Source: a virus (Duplodnaviria; Caudoviricetes). From it: a DNA stretch of 63,300 bases. Made by a program: the position numbers and the translations under genes. The stretch's first letter is position 1; every line of letters starts with the position of its first letter. The stretch covers positions 1-63,300 of the IMG/VR virus record IMGVR_UViG_3300010371_000039; one strand, given 5' to 3'. Positions 57,277 through 63,300 of the stretch are shown in pieces. Under the pieces are notes generated by a model. The model ran no database searches and had not been told where the DNA came from. It was given only the letters and a program-made list of their open reading frames with translations.

Positions 57277-57503
57277 AGCGCAGCGAATGCGAGAGGATCC
57301 GAATCTGCCACGCGCTCGATCGTGCGCGCGCGACGCTCAACGCGATCGATATTGCCCTCAGGGTGGACGCCCCGGTGGGTATTGATTTGGCGCAGCAGGT
57401 GGTGGCCATGGGCACCGACATCGGTCTGCTCCTGGCGAAGCTAGACGCCTATCAGCGTGCCGAGGACGATGCTAAGACCGCCGCCCGCGCGGGTGGCGCA
57501 TGA
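57273..57503 (+). CDS. Hypothetical protein
   Basis: ATGA-coupled. Confidence 0.45.
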   Translation: MKRSECERIRICHALDRARATLNAIDIALRVDAPVGIDLAQQVVAMGTDIGLLLAKLDAYQRAEDDAKTAARAGGA

Positions 57504-57970
57504 AGAAGCCCCACCCCTCCGCGATCCGTAGCGCCGCACCTCTCGGCGCGAAGGCGCCGGCCGACCGCCTCTCGGCCTGCAACGTGTGCGGCGAACCCAG
57601 CGAGCCGCTTGGGGCCTGGCGTGCGCACGACGATTGTGACATCCCGATTGCCGGCACGCGCGCCCTGGTCTTCGTCGGCGCCGACCACCCGGCGTGCCGC
57701 GAGGCGCTCGACGCGCACCCGCGGCTCTTCACCGAGGAGGGCGGAGCGCCAGGACACTTCCCGCTTCTCTGCGGGCCGTGCGTACATCGCGAGGGGCTCT
57801 CATGTCGGTGCCCGGCGGCGATCCTCAACGGCGGTCCCGGGATCCGAGTCGACATGAGCAACAACACGTCGACCGTGATCGTGTGCTCCCGTGGCGGGTG
57901 CCACCGTCCGATCCAGAGGGCTTACGGGTGCTCAGGGCAAAGGTACCCCGAGGAGAAGCGCGATGGCTGA
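57500..57970 (+). CDS. Cys-rich hypothetical protein
   Basis: ATGA-coupled. Confidence 0.5.
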   Translation: MKKPHPSAIRSAAPLGAKAPADRLSACNVCGEPSEPLGAWRAHDDCDIPIAGTRALVFVGADHPACREALDAHPRLFTEEGGAPGHFPLLCGPCVHREGLSCRCPAAILNGGPGIRVDMSNNTSTVIVCSRGGCHRPIQRAYGCSGQRYPEEKRDG

Positions 57971-58358
57971 ACGGTGCAAGGACTGCGGTGCGGAGTTGGC
58001 TGGGTACACGACTGTCGGTTTTACGGGTCCCAACGAAAAGAACGACCAACACGCGGACATCGAGCACACTCCCGCGCGCTGCGTCGCCTCCCTCAAGGCG
58101 CAACTCGCCGAAGCCCAGTACTGGCGCGAGCGACACGTGCGCAGCGAATCGGAGGGCGATCGGCCCGACGGCTGGGTCCACTGCTGGGGGCGTCACCGCC
58201 GCATCGCGTTCGACCACTACTTCGCCGACGACAGCGCGACCTCCGTGTGCGGAGTGCGCGTCGAGCGAACGCGCGCGGCGGCCCCGGAGGACATCAAGAA
58301 GTGCTCGCGCTGCGTGCTCATTCTCGAAATGCGCGCCAAGCGCACGGAGGCCACATGA
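57963..58358 (+). CDS. Hypothetical protein (RCKDCG family)
   Basis: N-terminus paralogous to 59335-59802. Confidence 0.55.
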   Translation: MAERCKDCGAELAGYTTVGFTGPNEKNDQHADIEHTPARCVASLKAQLAEAQYWRERHVRSESEGDRPDGWVHCWGRHRRIAFDHYFADDSATSVCGVRVERTRAAAPEDIKKCSRCVLILEMRAKRTEAT

Positions 58359-58744
58359 GCGCATCGAAGGAAGCCGCGCCGCTGCGCGTGGAGTGGGCCT
58401 GCCCGAAGTGCGGGGCCAAGGCGAACGAACATGGCAAGGGCGGCGCTGGCAGGTGTCGAGACACGCTGGACGACTCGGCGCAGGCCTGTCGTGGCTTTTT
58501 GTGCCAATGCGAAGACGCGGGCATCGATGATGCTGACACCGCGGCCGAGGACCATGGGTGCACGTTCGCCAACCCGTGCACCAACGCCGTTTGTTACCAC
58601 TGCGAATTCGGGATGGAGAACGGGGGGCGGTTCCCCGTCCGACCGAAGGGTCTCCAGGCGTGGGAGCAAAAGGCGCTCGACGCCGGGTGGGCGCCACCGG
58701 CGAAGCGCGCGGCGGAATTGGCGACGAAACGGAGGGCTACGTGA
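58355..58744 (+). CDS. Cys-rich hypothetical protein
   Basis: GGAGG RBS, coupled. Confidence 0.5.
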   Translation: MSASKEAAPLRVEWACPKCGAKANEHGKGGAGRCRDTLDDSAQACRGFLCQCEDAGIDDADTAAEDHGCTFANPCTNAVCYHCEFGMENGGRFPVRPKGLQAWEQKALDAGWAPPAKRAAELATKRRAT

Positions 58745-59001
58745 TCAAGTTCGAGAAGCTCGAGCCGGGGATGGTGCTCCTGGATATCCACCGGGAGCGC
58801 ATGGGCAACACAAGACAGAGCCAGTGGGGCTTGTGGGAGGCGCGTATCATCAGCGTTGACCCCGAGACGCGTACCGCGATGGTGCGCTGGAACGGCAACG
58901 CGCTGGAGAAGTGGCCCGCATACCGACTCCAGCGGCTCCGCACCAAGCCGTCCGCGGCGTATGTCCGGCAGCAAGAGCGGCGTGGGGTCACGTCGTGGTG
59001 A
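58741..59001 (+). CDS. SH3-like hypothetical protein
   Basis: KLEPGM...RIISVD...VRW. Confidence 0.5.
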   Translation: MIKFEKLEPGMVLLDIHRERMGNTRQSQWGLWEARIISVDPETRTAMVRWNGNALEKWPAYRLQRLRTKPSAAYVRQQERRGVTSW

Positions 59002-59334
59002 GCGACCTCCTGTCCCTCGCGCGCGAGGTGCTGCGTCTCGACGCGGAAGCGACGAAGGGGCCGTGGCGCGCCGGCAGCGTGGAGAAGTTCCATGTCTTCG
59101 TGCCGGCGCCCAAGGACAGCCTCTCGGGTCGTTCGCGCGCGCCCAAAGGCGCAGGGCCAGGCTGCGGGTGGTGTCGAACCTGGCACTGACTCCAGATCCA
59201 TGCCGCATCCCCCAGGCGATGCGTTCAAGAGAGCCGAGCACACCTCGCATGGATCACGTGGGGCGGAACCCGACCGCCAGAGAGACATGGGTGACAGCCG
59301 GAAAGACGGCATTCTGCGACCGAATGGAGCGGAC

Positions 59335-59802
59335 ATGACTGACCGGTGCAAAGACTGCGGGACAGAGCTGGTACCTGGGAATCGATTGACGAACATCGGC
59401 ACCGGCGAGCGCTCGCATCAGCGTGACGCGTGCATTGCGGCGCTCAAGGCGCAACTCGCGGATTCGCGGCGCCTCCTGGAGGCCCTCGGTGGCCGCGGGC
59501 ACGTGTTCGTTCCGCTGGGCTCGGTGAAGCTCACTTCGGAGGCCCAGGCGGAATGGGACCTGGGAATGCGGCAGCTTGAGGAGCGCGCCCGTCCCGTATC
59601 GCCGGCTGCGGTGGCGCCAGTTTGCTCGACCTGCAACGACACGCACTGGATGACGCTGGGCGACCGGGTCGGCAATGTGATGTGCGCCCGCTGCCCGGTG
59701 CCGTGCGACGCGTGTCGCGGCAAGCTCCCGGGCGGTGGACTCGGCCCCTACTGCGCGACGACTCCTTGCCCGTGTGAGTGCCACGTGAAGAGGGCCAAGT
59801 GA
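59335..59802 (+). CDS. Hypothetical protein (RCKDCG family)
   Basis: GGAG RBS; C-terminal Cys cluster. Confidence 0.55.
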   Translation: MTDRCKDCGTELVPGNRLTNIGTGERSHQRDACIAALKAQLADSRRLLEALGGRGHVFVPLGSVKLTSEAQAEWDLGMRQLEERARPVSPAAVAPVCSTCNDTHWMTLGDRVGNVMCARCPVPCDACRGKLPGGGLGPYCATTPCPCECHVKRAK

Positions 59803-60194
59803 GACTGGGGGGACCTCCGGTGAGCATCACTGGGGTCACGCGAGCCGAAAGCCGCCGTCGCGCCGCCGTGCGCGAGGGCGGCGCGATCCGACGTGCGCGC
59901 GAGCGCGGCGCCGGCGGCCCTCCCATCACCAAGGCGACTCGCGACATGGTGTGGGAGCGCGACGGCGGCTGTTGCTACCTCTGCAAGCTGCCGGTCCCGC
60001 GCGAGCAGCTTTCGATAGAGCACGTGATCGCCCTGGCCAACGGCGGCACGAATCACCCGGACAACCTGCGCGCCGCGTGTCGCGGATGCAACTCGCGCAA
60101 GGGTGCGCGCACCGTCGCACGCCGCAAGGGACTTCGCCGGTCGCCGCTCAAGGCGAAGCCTCGCGTTCGACCGCTGCCAGACGACGTTTTCTGA
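59799..60194 (+). CDS. HNH endonuclease
   Basis: RDGGCCYLC...EHVIALANGGTNHPDNLRAACRGCNSRKG. Confidence 0.9.
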   Translation: MRLGGPPVSITGVTRAESRRRAAVREGGAIRRARERGAGGPPITKATRDMVWERDGGCCYLCKLPVPREQLSIEHVIALANGGTNHPDNLRAACRGCNSRKGARTVARRKGLRRSPLKAKPRVRPLPDDVF

Positions 60195-60205
60195 GGAGAC
60201 ACTCG

Positions 60206-61075
60206 ATGGGCTACATGCATATCGACAATCTGTACAAGGACCAGCGGATCCTGATGTTCCGCGAGTGCTACGCCCTGGAAAAGATCCACGGCACAAGCGC
60301 GCATATCACTTGGCGTGACGGTCTGCTCATCTTTGCCTCCGGCGGGGAGAAGCACTCGCGCTTCGTGTCGCTCTTCGACGAGACGTCGCTCACCGCCGCC
60401 TTCGAGGCCCTCGGGCACCCGGAGCTCACGATCTACGGGGAGGCCTACGGCGCCAGCCAGCAGCGCCAGAGCCATCGCTACGGGCCGAACCTGCGCTTCG
60501 TCGCCTTCGAGGTGCAGGTCGGAGGAACGTGGCTCGCGGTGCCGCAGGCACACGATGTGGCGACGAAGCTTGGTCTGGAGTTCGTGCACTACGTCAAGAT
60601 CCCGACGACGCTGGACGCGCTCGACGCGGAGCGCGACGCGCCGAGTGTCCAGGCCCGGCGCAACGGCGTGGAGGGCGACCGGCCGCGCGAAGGTGTCGTC
60701 CTGCGTCCCCTGTTGGAGTTCGCAACCAACGACGGTCGGCGCATCATCGCGAAGCACAAGCGCGACGACGAGCGAGAGACCGCGACTCCGCGCAAGCTCG
60801 TGGACCCCGCCCAACAGGTGGTCCTGACGCGAGCCACCGAGATCGCCGACGAGTGGGTGACGCCGACCCGTTTGGAGCACGTGCTTGACAAGCTCGGGCC
60901 CGACGTTGGTATCGATCGGATGCGCGACGTCATCGCCGCCATGACCGAAGACGTGCTCCGCGAGGGCGCGGGGGAGATCGTCGACAGCCGAGAGGCGCGA
61001 GCCGCCATCGGCCGGAAGACGGCGGAGGTCTTCAGGGCGCGGCTTCAGGCGCGACTCCGCGAGGTCGCGCAGTGA
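60206..61075 (+). CDS. RNA ligase (Rnl2-like)
   Basis: EKIHGTS (motif I), YGEAYG, FVAFEV, EGVVLRP, IAKHK. Confidence 0.88.
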   Translation: MGYMHIDNLYKDQRILMFRECYALEKIHGTSAHITWRDGLLIFASGGEKHSRFVSLFDETSLTAAFEALGHPELTIYGEAYGASQQRQSHRYGPNLRFVAFEVQVGGTWLAVPQAHDVATKLGLEFVHYVKIPTTLDALDAERDAPSVQARRNGVEGDRPREGVVLRPLLEFATNDGRRIIAKHKRDDERETATPRKLVDPAQQVVLTRATEIADEWVTPTRLEHVLDKLGPDVGIDRMRDVIAAMTEDVLREGAGEIVDSREARAAIGRKTAEVFRARLQARLREVAQ

Positions 61076-61458
61076 TGCGCATCGCCCTGGACTTCGACGG
61101 CGTCATTCATAGCCACACGTCGCCGTGGACAGACGCCCACGAGATCCTCGATGGCCCGGTGCCGGGCGCTCTCGCGTTCATTCGCAGCGCCATCGACGCG
61201 GGCTTCACGGTCGCAATCCACACGGCCCGCGCCAACACCGCCAGCGTGGTGCCACACATCCACGCGTGGCTCGCGAGGCACGGCCTGGAGGAGCGCTACG
61301 CGTGGCTGATCGAGGTCACGGCGCTCAAGCAGTCGGCTCACGTCTACATCGATGATCGCGGGTGGCGCTTCGAGGGGACGTTCCCGACGCTCGAGGAGAT
61401 AGGGGCGCTGAAGCCATGGAACGCGCCAGCGACCACAGGAGACGGAGGCGCACCGTGA
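61075..61458 (+). CDS. HAD phosphatase (PNK-phosphatase-like)
   Basis: ALDFDGVI, HTAR, K...YIDDR. Confidence 0.82.
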   Translation: MRIALDFDGVIHSHTSPWTDAHEILDGPVPGALAFIRSAIDAGFTVAIHTARANTASVVPHIHAWLARHGLEERYAWLIEVTALKQSAHVYIDDRGWRFEGTFPTLEEIGALKPWNAPATTGDGGAP

Positions 61459-61661
61459 CGGAAGCGCTGGCACCGCTTGCCGCCGAACGAGTGGCGCCGC
61501 TTCGACGCGTGATTGCTCGCGTTGAGGCTCGTCTGCGCGAGGCGTGGACCAAGGGCCTATCGACGCATGAGGTCCGCGCGATCGAGAAGGAACTGGCTCG
61601 CCTGCACGAGCACGAGCGCGCGCTCATCGTTGGTGACGAAGACGTGGCGGCCGGCATTTGA
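61455..61661 (+). CDS. Hypothetical protein
   Basis: GGAGG RBS, coupled. Confidence 0.45.
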   Translation: MTEALAPLAAERVAPLRRVIARVEARLREAWTKGLSTHEVRAIEKELARLHEHERALIVGDEDVAAGI

Positions 61662-61678
61662 ACCGACGGGATGAAACG

Positions 61679-61951
61679 ATGAAGCCCATTCGCGAGATGA
61701 CGACGGAGGAACTGGCGATCGATGCCTATCTCCCACGCGGGACATTCGAGGCTCACGAAGCCGTCGACGAACTCGCCCGCCGGCTGCGGGAGGCGGAGGC
61801 GGCGCGAGATGCCGAGACGGAAGCATGCGCGAAGGCGTGTGATGAGGTCGCAGGAGCATACGCGATCGCGAAAGAGCCGGCGTTGTGCCGAGTGGCCAGC
61901 GCTCTAGCGCGCAGTATCCGAGACCGCTCCGCACTTCGGAGGACGCCTTGA
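61679..61951 (+). CDS. Hypothetical protein (REMTTEEL family)
   Basis: Paralog of 54129-54407. Confidence 0.55.
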   Translation: MKPIREMTTEELAIDAYLPRGTFEAHEAVDELARRLREAEAARDAETEACAKACDEVAGAYAIAKEPALCRVASALARSIRDRSALRRTP

Positions 61952-62125
61952 AGCCCATTCGCGAGATGACGACGGGGGAGCTGCTCAACCCATCACCCGC
62001 CGCACGCGAGGGCCAAAGCGCTCATGATCTGCCGCGGTGAGACAGGTCGGCCCGGGTCCGACCATGCCGAGTGGTGCCCAGACCACCGCGCCGCGCGCCC
62101 GTGACTTTCCACGAGGCCCCGCGTT

Positions 62126-62159
62126 TCGCAATTACGACATCGATGGCACGCATAGTGCT
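62126..62159 (+). promoter_or_regulatory. Fourth copy of the 24-bp element with sigma54-type promoter
   Basis: TCGCAATTACGACA-TCGA-TGGCACG-CATA-GTGCT, followed by AGGAG and ATG at 62185. Confidence 0.65.
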
Positions 62160-62184
62160 TAGCTTGGCGCCCAGGAGAAACACC

Positions 62185-62382
62185 ATGGATCCGCGCACGA
62201 GGGGATGCGCTATTTGCCTGGATGGAGACGAGCTGGTGGCCGGAGAGGTCGAGGGACTGCCGGCGTGCGACGAATGTGTCGGTCACCAGCGCGCCATCGC
62301 TGTCCTGTCGGGGGAACGCACGACGCCGTGCCTCTCGCCCGTCCAGGCGCCACGCCGTCTCGCAACGGGTGTCGCGTCGTGA
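62185..62382 (+). CDS. Small Zn-finger protein
   Basis: CAIC...CDEC; AGGAG RBS. Confidence 0.55.
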   Translation: MDPRTRGCAICLDGDELVAGEVEGLPACDECVGHQRAIAVLSGERTTPCLSPVQAPRRLATGVAS

Positions 62383-62522
62383 GGCCTCAGACACTGCGCT
62401 CGTGGGAAGGCACAGACGCGATTTGCGGCGCAACCCCGAGAAATAGCGGCTGAGAAGGCACGCGGAGCGCCGGCATCAGGCGCATGGAGGTGGTCTACGA
62501 GAAACCAACGAGGTACGAACCC

Positions 62523-62838
62523 ATGTCGAACGAAAGACCGAAGGCAATCGCAACGGGTACGCTTGGACACATCGGCATCGATGCCGACGTACGGCTTCCG
62601 GCGAACGACGAGCGGTCCGCCGGCTCCGCTCATGGGCGTCATCGGGTGGATCTACGACGTCGTGCACGGGAAGGAACTGCACGCGGAGTACAAGCGACTG
62701 AATCCTCGCGGACCGAAACGGAAGAAGCACCACCAGTACTTCTCCGATGAGCTGAGGGGTCTCACGCACGAGGATCTCGTGATCGTGAAGGCTCTCTCGG
62801 ACCGCAAGGAACCGTTCCAACTGGGACTGACGGGTTAG
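62523..62838 (+). pseudogene. Internally deleted P63C-domain gene
   Basis: MSNERPKAIATGTL...IDA start joined out of frame to IYDVV...EYKRLNP...RKKHHQYFS (P63C C-terminal motif). Confidence 0.6.
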
Positions 62839-62847
62839 GTGACGCCC

Positions 62848-63300
62848 ATGGCCCTCGCGATTCGCAAGCTGACGCCCCTCGATTGGATCATCGACACCGA
62901 CACGCCGATCACGCCCGAGACGGCGAAGCAACTCGCCGCGGAGGGGTGGACCGCGGCCATGCGCTACGCCGTCGATGTGTCGGCCGCGGAGTTCGAGGGC
63001 CTGATGGCCGCGAAGCTCGCGGTGGGGTTCTTCACGCACGGGCGGCAGGAGAACTTCAGCGCGGAGACCGGAGCCGCCGACGCGCAGGTGCTGCTCGACA
63101 AGGCGGCGGCCCTGGGCATCCCGCCGGGGCTCACGTACGGTCTGGACTTCGAGACACCCCATGGGGCGCCGACGCTCGCCGAGCTCCAGGCCTACGAGGC
63201 GGGCTATGGTCGCCGGATCCTCGCGGTGCCCGGCAACATCCCTGGCGTCTACGTCGGGGAGGGCCTCGGCATGACCTCCGCGCAGCTCACGCACATGGTC
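62848..63300 (+). CDS. DUF1906 (Rv2525c/GH25-like) peptidoglycan hydrolase, probable endolysin (runs off right edge)
   Basis: DT...AKQLAAEG...MRY, GAADA...AAALGIP.G...LDFE, PGVY. Confidence 0.75.
   Translation, partial: MALAIRKLTPLDWIIDTDTPITPETAKQLAAEGWTAAMRYAVDVSAAEFEGLMAAKLAVGFFTHGRQENFSAETGAADAQVLLDKAAALGIPPGLTYGLDFETPHGAPTLAELQAYEAGYGRRILAVPGNIPGVYVGEGLGMTSAQLTHMV

Larger units (their letters stand above)
1..63300. mobile_element. Temperate tailed phage genome (Mu-like contractile tail), partial, attP-intact form
   Basis: Continuous phage modules: tail, head, terminase, replication, integrase/attP, repressor switch, recombination, lysin; no host housekeeping operons. Confidence 0.95.

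Noticed and set aside
58998-59338. Ead/Ea22-like gene (ATKGPW motif) possibly truncated by deletion
   Set aside because: N-terminal motif is suggestive but the downstream frame cannot be assigned confidently
1-63300. Reverse transcriptase/DGR, retron, CRISPR-Cas, transposase or Mu-type transposition genes
   Set aside because: No corresponding motifs found; despite Mu-like tail genes the phage uses a tyrosine integrase

Overview
The window is most of the genome of a GC-rich (about 70% by eye) temperate phage with a Mu-like contractile tail, apparently in its non-integrated form: an intact attP (3' half of tRNA-Gly-GCC flanked by integrase arm repeats, 40.8-41.0 kb) has phage genes on both sides. 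A genetic switch at 46.2-47.1 kb separates two arms. The long leftward arm carries early genes, xis/int/attP, DUF5131, DHFR, RuvC, initiator/primase/DnaB, a Dam-like methylase, a glycosyltransferase + FkbM cassette, terminase, portal, head, neck, sheath, tube and a tape measure gene running off the left edge. The rightward arm carries an SSAP-like protein, SbcD/SbcC, a TrpF-like barrel, HAD phosphatases, HNH, an RNA ligase and a DUF1906-like lysin running off the right edge. The host is probably a myxobacterium (inference). Most notable: a GT2-TPR-GT4 + GT4 + FkbM cassette suggesting virion glycosylation; a portal fused to a ParB/Srx-like domain; peptide deformylase and GroES inside the morphogenesis operon; a 24-bp element repeated four times that joins a palindromic box to a sigma54-type promoter; attP lying between the lytic promoter and the replication genes; and several accessory genes collapsed by internal deletions. 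All calls come from motif recognition and synteny by eye, with no database searches; many starts were re-picked from RBS and stop/start overlaps.
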